Assembly: GCA_030704615.1 (NCBI GenBank)
Contig: CM060734.1
Span: 56,544,001 to 56,608,000, forward strand
Length of the DNA stretch: 64,000 nt
Source of the DNA: Takakia lepidozioides
Taxonomy: Eukaryota; Plantae; Bryophyta
Direction: 5' to 3'
Part shown: positions 42,001 through 54,229 of the stretch, piece by piece
Position numbering within the stretch: the first letter of the stretch is position 1
Layout of the letters: each line of letters starts with the position of its first letter
Program-made: the position numbers and the translations under genes
Notes under the pieces: model-generated
Seen by the model: only the letters and a program-made list of their open reading frames with translations
Told to the model about the DNA's origin: nothing
Database searches by the model: none

Positions 42001-42624
42001 ATCCATTCCTCCGAGCATGGCCAAGATACTCAAAATGGACAACACACCAGAAGGAAATGCAGATGTAGCCTCCCCTGCTAGTCGTGGAGATGAAGATAAA
42101 CCCCTCGCAGATTCGCAACAATCAGACGTGGTGTTGTCCAATGGAGTTTTCCGAGGCTTCATGTCGTGAAGCAAGACCGTATGAGCAGATGAGGAAGGTT
42201 GAGATCCACAAAATACACTCTTAGAAACCTCAACACAATCCGAATTATGAGACCCCAAGCTCGCCGAATCTGCAACCTCCTCCTTCAATTTACAACTCCC
42301 ATTTGTCGCAGCTTGATCGTTCTTTCTTGCAATAGAAGTGTGCCTCTCATCATGTGACTGTGTATAGCTCGTACCTGTGACACGGTACTTGGAGAAAGTG
42401 TCTGGAAACAACTCCCATTGCTTTTGGCCGTCATTGAAAACTGGAAGCAACACTGTGGAGGCATCATCATCTCCATCATCCTCCAAAAAAACTGAACCCG
42501 GAACAAGTTTGAATCTATTGCATAACCAAGGTTCTGGGATAATGCACTTGTTTCCATTGCAAGGATAACGAACCACTTTTGCATCAGGTGGACATGAAAG
42601 CACTGCATATTTTGGTGTAGACAT
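39085..42624 (-). CDS. MULE-type DDE transposase of the nested element (GCM/WRKY-like Zn domain, DDE core, SWIM), with about 3 frameshifts
   Basis: Zn domain CVGKLIC...C...CSFC...HCGARMY...HVGFHNHP. Catalytic core VVFDHVKR / FMADAAGAN / TCLYH (CxxH) / TTNLSEAVH. SWIM PSCDCPDF...PCKHMYF. ORFs 41914-42624, 40106-42121, 39774-40109 and 39085-39765 overlap or abut through frameshifts. Confidence 0.85.
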
Positions 42625-43658
42625 TTGGCAATGCCCTCAAAGTTTGAGAGAAGATGCAAAATGAATGAAAGCGCACATCTTGCAAGACCTTATGCAAATA
42701 CATTAAATGGCTTACATTACTTATGTGTATCATCAATCCAGAAGGTCCAATTTTTTGAGGCATGTGCTCCATCCATATTATTCTCTGACAGAAACAACTA
42801 AATGGACTATCCCCTATTTTTAAGACGACGGCGCCGTTGTTGAGATCTTAGAATCCAATGTACTGCCTTCTTCTTATGAGCATATGAAACATAAATGCTC
42901 TGCATGTTTCCATTTATTTTACAACCAATCGTTGATTAATCGTCCAACTATGAACTGACACACTAGACGGCACAATTTATTTACAATCAAATCCCATGAC
43001 ATGTATGTTGATTTGTTCTTTGATTACTCATGTATGAGTAATGAGTACAAGTATTTGTGGCGACAATTGGCTCTAAAACCAATAAATTGATTAAGACACC
43101 CATAACAAAATATTTAGTTACTTTATCACTTACTTTATATTGTATTATGAAGGCGCCGCCACAAAGTAACATGTCAATCGTACAACCATCTTCTGAGGAT
43201 CCACGTGTAACCCATGTAGTCCAAAAAACACTAACGCCAGAGTGTATAAAAAATGTTCACATTTCAGATTTGGCCAATTTGGCCTTTTTAAGGCCTTAGC
43301 CTTCGCCTCGCCCCCCTTTCCCCCCGCAACCTAGTGGAAAATACACCACAACCTTACCAACAAGCCATGCTCTATTCAATGAAACAACCTCTACTTTTTT
43401 GTTAATAAACTGTTTCTTTTCAGTTAAACTTGTTGCCATTACTACATGACTAACCCGGTATCATTACTACACTAACGTAGTCTAGTATACTTGCACATTA
43501 TCCCTTGCCACTCCCCCAAACAAACACACACAAACTACACAAGCACTTAACACGTCTCTAGTCTCTACACCCTGGAGACTCCCGTTGCGAAGAGGAGACG
43601 GAGGCGCCGCATCTCGGCCTTATACTATACCACCCCGAGGCAACGAGCTGTTGCGGCG

Positions 43659-46600
43659 ATGGGGAGGAAGAAGGACACTCGAGGGGGAGGCGTTGCTGGT
43701 GGTGGTGGTGGTAGAGGCAAGCTGCGGACGGAGAAGGTAAGCTGTAGTTTTGTTTTTTTTCATGACCTGCACTTAGGCATATGCGCCATCGCATAAGCCC
43801 CACCAAGCTGCTCCTTATCTAGCACATCCGCCGGCGCAGATGCCTAAGTCACTTCAAGTCTCACAAGTTTGCGAATCTCCACACATACACACAACCGTCT
43901 CCGCCGGCGGAGACAGCTCATTCCCCTTGGTTTTTTCTGATGCTTGGAAGGGCTGGGCTGCCACCTCCGCCGGCGCATACCGTTGGAGCTGGGATGCTCG
44001 CATGTTTCAGGAAGTGCTCCTCTACTCCCATCCCGTTTATTTTTTTGCATGCTCATACGTTGCTGATGCTCCGAGCGGGTTGGGCTGGCGTATCCGCTGG
44101 CGCATACCTGTGCAGCAGGGCTGCTCAAATGTTTCAGGAAGTTCTCCCCTTTTCCATCTTCTTTGTTTTTCCGCATGCTGATGCTCCGAGTGGGCTGCGC
44201 TGGCATATCCGCCGGCGCATACCCATTGAGTACATTCTTTTTTGCTCAGATCATAGGTTTCAGGAACCTCCTGCAAGCGTCTCCACCGGCGGAGACACTT
44301 GGAGCTTGGTTTTTTTTGCATATTCCCTGTGTTACGGAAGCTCCAAAGCGCCAAGGCTGCCACCTCTGTCAACACAGACCCGTGCAGCAGGGCTGCTCAC
44401 ATATTTCAGGAAGTTCTCCCCCCCTTCCATCTCTTTTGTTTCTCCGCATTCTCATAAGTTGTTGATGCTCCGAGCGGGCTGGGCTGCCATATCCGCCGGC
44501 GCATACCCATTGAGCACAATCTTTTTTTGCTTAGCTCCTAGGTTTCAGGAACCTCATGCAAGCATCTCCGCCGGCGGAGATGCTTGGAGCTTGGTTTTTT
44601 GTTGTATATTCCTTGTGTTACGTAAGCTCCAAAGTGTCGAGGCTGCCACCTCCGTCGGCGCAGACGCTTGGGGAACCTTCCCTATTTTGGTTGATCACAG
44701 TATTCAAGTATCTCAAAGCTTCTACGTTGCCACCTCCACAACTCCACATGCTTCCATAGGCCTAGTTTGATCTTTCAAGGTGCTCCTGTATGTTTGGCTA
44801 CAACCTCCCTTCCATGGTATGCGCCGGCGCATATGCTTGGAGCTCCTTGAGCAAAAATTTCTTCAAGGGCCTCAAATCTTGTCAAATTTTGAGTTGGTTG
44901 CACATATGTGTCATATGCGCCGGCGTAGGTGGTCGGAGGTCCTCTGTCGGGATGCTCACGCCTGTATTCTGCTCCAAGTTGTAAGCTTTGAAAGACAAGG
45001 ATATTCATGGAATTAGTTGACTATCCAAATTCATTTGTTTTCTTCATGCAACCATGACACTGAACTGCTCTTTTTACATATTATACATTCACACATGTGC
45101 TCTTCTCATACACTGACATCTTGAACTGTTTTGGTCTATGGAATTAGGAAATTACTACTACAACTGAAGCTGTGGAGGCCGGGACGCTTGCAACCATTAT
45201 TGACGACATTGATGCAGGGAATTGGGGGGCAGATGAGTATGAAGAGGATACAACATCTAGTGATCCTCTTTCTCTAGATGCCAAACAGGCAATTATTCTG
45301 GAAAAGAAACAAGATCTGAATGTAACTTTCAGGTCCCTCCTCATTGAGGATGGAGTTATGGACATTCCATTGTGTCGCATGATTTCTATGCAGGTTGTTA
45401 GGCCCGCCCTTGCCAACGACATCCTAAAGCTTAGAGGAGACTTCTATTCTGGATACCATCCAGGAGCAGCCGTGTTCTATGTTTCTGTTGAGGGGATTGA
45501 TGGATCTACTGTAGATGTAGGTCCTGATATCATCTCTACATGGGATAGTCATTGGAAAACAGTCAATGATGAGTTTGAGAAGTATCTTGAGTCCAAGCCA
45601 AAGTTGCATCATCTTCGGGGGAAGATGTTTCATGTCTGGGATGGGAATCATAGGCTTCAAGCATGGTATCCCTATATCAATGAAGTTCATGGGGCCAACT
45701 TGTCAAGACATGTCTGTGTGACAAGTTGGGTGCTCAATGCGGACATTGAAAATCGTGGTTCCCTCAGGTCCATCATGGATGGAGTGAATGTGTGAGTTTC
45801 CTTTCTATTCTTCATTTACTTTCATGTTCAATGTTGTCATGTTCTTGCTCAATGGATGTACATATACACATCTTCTTTCTAATGATCATATTTTATATGT
45901 GCAGGGCAACAGAGAGGGCACATGTTACATCCAAATTTGTGCACTTGGTTTGCAAGGTCAATATGATTGGCCTTACACCTGTCTCTGAATGGAAGAATGT
46001 ATTGAGGAAAGAGCAATACGACGAATGCATCAAGAAAGCAGGAAAGACTTGGTATAACCTGACAGTCCATGCAATGACAGAGATTTTGTACAAGGTAACA
46101 TCATGTCTTAACCAAGTTTCATTCTTTGCATCCATAGACAAGATTCACCTCTGGTTCATGTTATGAACTGTTTTGGTTCTTTTGGCAGCATGATATTGTT
46201 GAGGCCCAACGCATGGCGGGGGAAGCTTACAAACTTGCTGAGGGGCCAAAGAGTCAAGAGGGCCTTGAAGATACAATGAGACAGGCTGGATTGAAAGCAA
46301 GGGAGCAACACAAGAGTCAGCTTGTGAAGTTGCTTCCTATTGCTGATCCAACCCTTGGAGAGGGGTTTCTCCAAGAACTTAAACTGCATTGGTCACGTGT
46401 AAAGGCAGGATCAGAGGAAATGACCCAAGAGAAAATGGTGAACATTGCTACCGCCCGGGTGGATCCTGAAGAAAAGGTGGAATGGCTACATATATGGAAT
46501 GGAGACCAAACACTTCACGACCGTAATTTTTTTCCACCCGGGCCTATCAGTGGGCCAACACTTGATCCTTGGCTGAATAGAAGGACTTTTTGGTGGCAGG

Positions 46601-49299
46601 TACATATACAATCACTATCTTCTCAATGCAATTAATTCATTTTGTTGATGACACATTAACATAGTTATTTAACTGACTGTATTTTCTGGCAGCTTCGCAA
46701 GGTTGCCTTGGCTCAGTTTGCCTTGTACACCACTCAGCTTGGCCAATTTCATGTTGCCTTGGAGGAAGGAGAGAGTGAGAGTCTGGGAGACTACATGGAT
46801 ACATGGAAGATGACTCATTTCAATGAGTTGTTTCATAGAGAGTTCTCATTGCCAAAGGGGCCATTCAGAGGCAATGATTGGGAACAACAAACAGGTGGGG
46901 AGAAGGTGGTGAGACGGATTTTATTCAGGTACCATCTTTCCATTGCATTGTACATGGATAGTGTATACACCTTGTAAGTCAAAAATGTCTATGCTTCAAG
47001 TATTTTTCTAGTACATTGGGATATACATGTTTCTTAATGTGCTTGTTCAATTGTTGAACAGGTTGCATAAATATTTGTCTCCACAATAACTTTGAATGTG
47101 TTTGTATTTTAGGTACATGAGATTTGTGCTTGTACCGAGTGATCGACTTAAGGCTGAGCCCAAGTTTCTGATGGCCTGGAAGTTTGGTGCTCAACAAGCT
47201 TCCATGTACACACCTGCAATTGAGGAAGATTGGGGTGTGGAACACCGGGAAGGGGGGGGTTGGTATTTGGATATGCCCAAGGGTACTATCCCCTATGCAG
47301 AAATGGGACTTCATAAGGAATGTGTTCGCAGGCAGTCAGTGAGTGATGAAGGGGGTATCTCCACTGAAGTCCCTGTTCTTGATCTGGAGCATGCAGAACA
47401 GATTGCTACACAGGCCGCTGACGCTGTAGCCCAAGTGGTCCCTGCCGTTGTGGGTGTACCAAAACGCAAATCACGAAAAAGAAAAGGTGCGGATGTCAAT
47501 GCAGGTGTGGCCCCCAATGCAGGTGTGGCTTCTATTGCTGGTCCTATTGGTAGTTCTTCACATCCTTCAAATCAGTTGGTTGTAGTGCCTGCACCTACTA
47601 CTCGAGGAAACAAGCCAAAGGCAGGCGAACATCCTTACAGTGCAGTGTCATTTTCTGGTGGTGCACCTAGCATGTATCGCATGAAGATCATGCCTACTCA
47701 TTTCATTGATATGGTGGAGGCCTCAAGTACATCTCCTGATGCGACCTTGAAAGAGCTCATGGAGTTCTTAAAAAATGTGAGTTTCCCCCAACAAACAAAC
47801 TTGAATGTAAGGAATTCTTCGATGTTTTTATATCCTCATCATCCGGCTATTGACTCCTACATTTTCTGTATGTTGTTTGCAGTTGCCAGGAACTTGGTCT
47901 AGTGTTGTGGATGGAAAAAGCGTGCATGTGGCTGTGGACATGATCATCGTGGACTGCCCAACAGGAATGCCTGTACAGGGCTGTTTGGATGGTGTACAGG
48001 TTCCTCCCTGGAATGCTTTTGATAAACGGTATTGGGAGTATGCATTCTCCATTGCTAATGACCTGTTGGATGACAATGGATGCTTGGTGTTCTTGCAGGG
48101 CTCCGATGATTCATTTGCATTGGAGCTCTTTTCTTACTCCAGGGGCAGCTCTATTTCCGTATTATCAAGGAAATATACTTGCATCAATACCACCCCTCTA
48201 CACACTCAGACAGGAAAGGTAAAAATCATCCCTCTTCAATATCTCATTGTTTGATGTTTCATCTTCCTACTCTCATACATATTATTAAACCATCCGGGTG
48301 CACTGTTTTTGTGGAAATGGCACGTCTAACAGACCATGTTCTTCCACGCCCATGTCCTCACCAAGCAAGGAGGACTATTCAAACTGCGTGAGTCTGGCAA
48401 AGTTGTGGACCCCTTGCAGACCCTGTTGAGTTGGATGCCATCTACAACCACATTCCAGATGTTGCACTACCCATGCAAACTCCTCAACAAGCCTGGAGGG
48501 GTGCGCGAGACCGTAGTCCCGCCTTCATGCAAGTGTTGTTGGAGACATGCTCACCTCCTGGCTCCCGCATTTTGGATCTCACAGCTGGCACAGGTTTGCA
48601 TTGGTCTCCATTTTGTAATTAAAATCTTCTGAGCTGATTCATGATCATTAACTGTTATCCGATATAATATCATCATTGCATGTTTTTTTCCTGCAGGTTC
48701 TACATTTATTGCTGCCCGCGAGTCTGGACGTCACGTATTTGGTCTTGAGGGGGACCAGACGTTGTATGCAGCACGTCTCTCTGCACTTCAAAATACTCAA
48801 CCCGTTTTGGTTTCATCTGTGGTAACTCCAACCATTCAACGTCCTGTGAGTTTGTTGGAACCCCCCGCTCCTAAGGTGGCGCGCAAGCTTGGTCTTCATC
48901 TCGGCAGTACTTCCTAGTGAGTATGTCTCGCCTCCATTCCCTTTGTTGCAATCTCTATATTATTTGCAAAGCAAACCATTCCCATTTGATTTGTTAACAT
49001 AAGTATACATGTATGTGTGATGCAGTGATGGGATTGTGCGGACCATCTACGATAGTCTACCCCAAAGTCCTCTTTCATCGTTTTATCTACCTTCGTATGC
49101 CGAGTCCCAAGCTTTGCATTCAATACATCAACAACGTGATGTAGGTCTTTCCAATGATCTCTTGTTTGACCGAAGAGCAGCTATTGTTGGACAATCCGTG
49201 GATAGGTTGCGTAGAGTTGAGGCTTTCATGGATGTGTATGCCTCTGAATCACAGGCTTATGACACGGATGATGAAGTATCAGCTGATGATGTTATGTAG
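43659..49299 (+). CDS. ParB/Srx-like domain fused to a beta-class N4-C/N6-A DNA methyltransferase-like domain (10 exons, one frameshift near 48414)
   Basis: Phase-consistent GT-AG exons: 43659-43736, 45148-45791, 45905-46094, 46189-46599, 46693-46928, 47113-47776, 47883-48218, 48333-48593, 48697-48916 and 49026-49299. ParB-like motifs are DIPLCRM...VVRP...FYSGY...HVWDGNHRLQAW. MTase motifs in beta order are VDMIIVDCPTG (IV), LLDDNGCLVF, RSPAFMQVLLETCSPPGSRILDLTAGTGSTFIAA (X/I) and GRHVFGLEGD (II). Exon 1 is the least certain. Confidence 0.82.
43820..44930. repeat. Tandem array of CGCCGGCG-centred palindromes in intron 1 of the ParB-MTase gene
   Basis: Perfect CGCCGGCG at 43829, 43902, 43968, 44210, 44494, 44569, 44822 and 44918. 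Transition variants CGCTGGCG, CACCGGCG and CGTCGGCG also occur. The motifs sit in longer repeated units such as gatgctccgagcgggctgggctg and tttcaggaa. Confidence 0.9.
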
Positions 49300-50656
49300 G
49301 TAATTAGAAATTACATATACAATACATTGTCCTCATTGTCAGTCCGAATTTTTTGTTATTTTTTATGATACATGTATTTCTCTCTAGTGTAAGGTAAAAC
49401 AAATGGGGCAAATGACATGGTGTTGAAATCAGATTTCATGTTATCTTCCTGTCATTTGATTTATCTATGTAATAGTTTGTACATAGATCTCTACTGCATT
49501 TCATAGATCCCTTTACCTTAATGCAAGTTCGACATGCACTTCAGCACTATCAAATTTCATCATTAGTAAGATCAACCCTTATGAGTATTGTGGCATGTTA
49601 TGTACACACAGGGTGACTATCTTTATCTCATTAGTGTTTCATTTCATTAGTGTTTCAAGTCTGAATGGGTAGTGTAGTGGTATGAACTAGGCTTGATACC
49701 CGATAGGTTGTGGGTTCTATCTCTGATGGACATTATGTTTTTGTAAAATAAAAATGTTTCAGAAGATAGATATATAGATACTGCAAAACCTATGTAACAA
49801 AGCTCCCTAGCATTCCCTTAGCATTGCTCCATTCTGAACTTCAAACTAGACTCCCACCATTGGAAGAGCCCGTACCTTCACCATTTGTATCTAACAAGGA
49901 GCCGTGCCTCGTCACTTTTTAATTTTTCGACCTTTTTTCTCATGTTGGAAAGCCATAAAAGCAACATGTTCATCTCCCATTCCTACACTCACCCATGTGG
50001 AATAATAATACAATGAATATGGAATATTCTATATAGAATATTCTTATTCCATCCTTTGATATTTTGACTATGGACCCTAAGATTAGATGAATCACAATTA
50101 TTTATTTATTTTTGGGTACCCTTATTTAAGTGTTGTGCATATAAAATTGTTCCTATGCATATCTAAAATTTGTATGCACGCATACATTCCTCCATATGCA
50201 TGCATTTGTGTGCGCATATAGTATAGGCTACCTCCCAGACCCTATAGTCACATTGTAGTCATCGACTTATAATTCTCAGAGTTACACCACTGACAGCAAT
50301 ATTCTATGGGTTACATACTGGGTTACACTGTTGATAGTTACATTGCAGTTATGGAGTTACACCACAATGAGTTATGAAGAGGTTCACACTCATCTGTGTT
50401 ACAACTGTGTGGAGTACCACAGGCGAGTTACACTAGTAGAGCTATGTTACGTTATGAAACCCCAGACAGTGTAACCCTGCGGTGTGTCACCCCGGCCCAT
50501 GGGTGTCCCATTGAGTGGGTTACATAGGTTGAATGTGGATGGAATGGCAAAGTGAATAACAACCCATGAACAGACATGTACTTCATATTAAACTTGGTGA
50601 TCACAAAATAAGTGTCATTGCCAATGGACTCAATGGTCACTTACTACAGAACCGGT

Positions 50657-53600
50657 CTACAAATCTACTTTCCTGGCAAGGGACATGTTGTTTCCATCAT
50701 CATTTTTTATGAATGGAACTGCTTGAAGAGGGTGCAACAGACCTTTGTCGATTCTAACTTGTAAAGTGGACAGCCTCCCACGAACACAACGAAGCTCGGC
50801 AAGCAAATGTTTGCGCATTGTTTCACTCTCATTGCCAAGAAGCGACAGGGACTTCATCTCAGATTCAATTGATGAAACATCCGATGGCTCCTGCCGACCA
50901 CGCTGGGATGATGCTGAGCACTCCGTAGGCTCTGCTAGATTCACAACTTCCTCCTCTGCATCAATATCTGGAAGTTCCGATTTCATCAACATGTGAAGAC
51001 CTCCATGAATGGTCCCGAGCTTTGTGCCACAGAGCTTCACAATAAGCCCTTCCTTCAGATTTGGCTTCATCAATTGAAGAACGCGGATTTGATGTTGCAC
51101 AAGTTACCCTTCAAAGCCCATGGACAATCGCAACAAGCCCAGGTGGTCGCAGGTGCATAGATTGTGTAGCTTCGACCGGCAGTTTGAACACTATCCACAA
51201 TCGCCGGATGACCAGGAACAGTGGGCAAATGAACATTGACATCAGGGATCTCCCTTGCAGTCCAAACAACATTACTGATAAATTCCTCCTGTCGTACATT
51301 CCTTTTGAAGCCTTTCGATTTCAAGTTATCTCTATACCAATAGTGGGTAGAACAGGACCCACGAGTTCGCTGATCAGCCAATCGATTCTCCTGCCATCAA
51401 GCCTTTGCTTTCCCGAGCGTAAACGAGCCTTCAAATTTCCGTGCCAGATTCAATTGCGACATTAGTATCGTGACTTGCGTGGGGAATATAACGAGCCCCC
51501 GTGATCCACATGCTCAGTTTTGGGACCCATTCCATTTTGATGTAACGTAGGAAGTCACGCGCAAGCGGATAGGAATAATTCAAATCTTCCAGTCGCTCAA
51601 GCGCCCACTCTTCTGGGGTGACTCCCACACAGGCGTTAATGCCGTACATTACGTCGCCAAGCTGTTTCAAAACAGCATTGCGAGTGTATGGATCGGGCAT
51701 CTTACGCCATGAATGTTTCAGCCAAGCGCGGCGAACATGCCAAAGGCATAGAAATATCACTACGTCCCCAAACGATTCCCTGCATGCACACACATCAAAT
51801 GCCACCCAATCCATCAGTGTAACTCTTGTCAGTGTAACTCTTATCAGATGAACTCTTCGCAGTGTAACTCGTAGAAGTGTAACTCTTCAAAGTGTCACTC
51901 TTAGTAGTGTGACTCATGTAACCCCTCGTGCATCCGGTCATGTAACTATCAGTGAAACTCACAGCAGTGTAACCCAACACATATAACCCCTCGCAGCGCT
52001 GTAACGCAATCCATGTTACACCGTGTAACTCTCAGAGCGACCCAACCCATACAACCCTCTGCGATGCTCCCAGTGTAACTCACATGCTATAGCAGTGCAA
52101 CCTAATCCATGCAGGACTGCGGATGACACGCCGTATAACTCGCAGTGTAACTCGCAGTGTAACCCTCTGTCTACCTCATAGTAGTGTAACCCTCGGTCTA
52201 ACTCACATCAGTGTAACCCTCGGTCTAACTCACAGTAGTGTAACCCTCCGTCCAACTCAAGGCAGTATAACCATCTGTCTAACTGATAGTGTAACCCTCA
52301 GTGTAACAGACAACACTGCAACCCAATCCATGTAACCCCTCAAGCAACTGACAGTGTAACTCCAAGTGTTATAGGCAGCAATGCACCCCCTCGTGTAACT
52401 GGCAATTTAACTCTTACTGTGATTCTCAGTGTAACTAGCAGCAGTGTAGCCCGATCCATGAAACCCTTCGTGCATGCAACTTGTAGTGTGAATTACTGTG
52501 TGACTCAGAACATTGTAACTTCTAGCCGTGTACCAGATAGCATTGATTTCTGCGTCTGCATCGTCGACAACAAAAGCATTTGGCCTCCAATTTGGTTTGC
52601 TCTGAAGAAGTCGGTCGCGAAGACTTTTCATCCAGGGGCTCAGGTCAGTCGTTTTGTTTCTCGCTGATATAATATAAACAACAGGTATGCCGTTGAGCCA
52701 TTCGTCGAATACCATCATGGTATACATTGGGAACTGCAATGTCGCAATGGTACAAAAATGAATAAGGTGAGTGTTATAATATTGGCAACAGTTGCATAAC
52801 ACTCACATTTCAAAATGCAATGAAAGGTAAAGCGTGACACGAATACCTTATTTTCGTTGGTCCCAAATGTTGCATCGCAGGATACCACACGGTTGTGTCC
52901 CAGGTCGATCATTTTCTGTTTTTGCCACTCCGTTGTATTCCAATTACGAACTTCAAATCACCCACCACTGGCGCTGTCTCTTCATGGTAGAAGAAGACGC
53001 TTCAGGATTGCTATCGACCCACATACGTACACTTTGTGCATCATCTGGATGTTTTTTGTAACTCTCAATCGTAAGCTTGTCGGCATGTTTCTCACGTCGT
53101 ACTCGAACAAGAAACAATCGCGACTCCACTCCATGCCTGGCTGAGACGCACAAGCTTCCTGGAGCTGTTGAGTGTGTTGTGTCATAATCATAGCTGGAGA
53201 TAGGCCACTGCGAAGACTATCGACGATCCACTGTTTCATATCTTCTTGGCTGAGACGAGGGGCATGCACGAATCGCAAGAAATGGGAAGAGGGGTCAGCT
53301 GAACCATGACATGGCTTTTCTTTTGCATCCACATGCTGTTTCTGGAAGTATGTGATGATTGCCAACTCTGAATCTAGAAAACACACTGGCCAACTTTGAA
53401 GCTACACGTACACCCACTTTGTATGAGTCTCCGAAATCCGCTGCCTTACGTCTGATTCACTTGATGGTTTTTGATTATCGGAGGCTGCTATCGGTTTTTC
53501 TTCTTCTTCACAATCGGCGGGTCCGTGCGCCTATCTATCGGGCAGTAGCAGCAGTGGTACCTGCAAAAAAAGCATATAAAGCGAGGAGGGTTATCGCCAT

Positions 53601-54000
53601 ATACGACTTTGCTAGGCTAGCAGAAAGAAGTGGGGCTGGGAATGTTATACAACCTCATAAGTGACTTACTTATGCCACTGACGATAACTGTTTGCACGCG
53701 GTGTTGTCAAATCTGGCAACTCACGGTACCTTCGATCTTGAACATAAAATTGGGTCTTCCCATCCACTCTACTCCTTTCTCCCTCCAAAAATCAGGAATG
53801 CGAGACCATGGAACGACAACTACTTCGATGGATATCCGTTTCTCTTTTCCCTGGCGAGCAACGGAGGTTTGTGTGATTGAAAAGCCCGTCTATGGGCAGC
53901 TGTAGGATGCATTTTCAAATGAGATACCAAATGCTGCAAATGACAGAGTTCTCCCGCCTCATCTTTCAAACCATTTGATTCCAATGCTGCTTGCGTTCCT
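50657..54000 (-). CDS. SWIM-MULE transposase of the outer element (spliced, several frameshifts as assembled)
   Basis: Motifs in order: VVPWSRIPDF; HVDAKEKPCHG; DDAQSVRMWV; VVSCDATFGTNENK (D1); FPMYTMMVFDEWLNGIPV; FVVDDADAEINAI (D2); LCLWHVRRAW (CxxH); DTNVAIES (E); SWIM WACCDCPWALKGNLC..HQIRV. Introns near 51790-52530 and 52735-52845. The 5' end is approximate. Confidence 0.88.
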
Positions 54001-54229
54001 CGTCTAGCACCTTCGCGGCAGCACATGCCATTAGCAGCAACAGTACCACCAGTATAGTACAAATCGCATAACACACGCGGGCAACGCAGCGGAGCCCTCG
54101 GAACTGAACGTCGTCTAAACGCACCTGGTGAAAATGACGAGCGATGATGGAGTTACACGTGGGTTTTGATGTCACCAATTGTGTAACCCAGGTTTGAATT
54201 CAAATATCTGACACCCTTGGAGCCCGCCA

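Larger units (their letters stand above)
38472..50234. mobile_element. 11.8-kb nested Mutator-like element with short degenerate TIRs
   Basis: Direct repeat CCCAGACCC at 38463-38471 and 50234-50242 (8-9-bp TSD depending on the terminal base). The ends are GGGGGTTGCTATTCCATATGCACA and, reverse-complemented, GAGGTAGCCTATACTATATGCGCA. The outer element's GGTTACA motif is dense up to 38450, resumes at 50280 and is nearly absent in between. Confidence 0.85.

Noticed and set aside
43820-44930. CRISPR-like array (palindromic repeats with spacers)
   Set aside because: The intervening sequences are themselves repeated, unit lengths vary, there are no cas genes, and the context is a spliced eukaryotic gene.
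45148-48916. Bacterial or phage contamination as the source of the ParB-MTase
   Set aside because: The gene has multiple phase-consistent GT-AG introns and lies inside TSD-bounded elements contiguous with plant genes.
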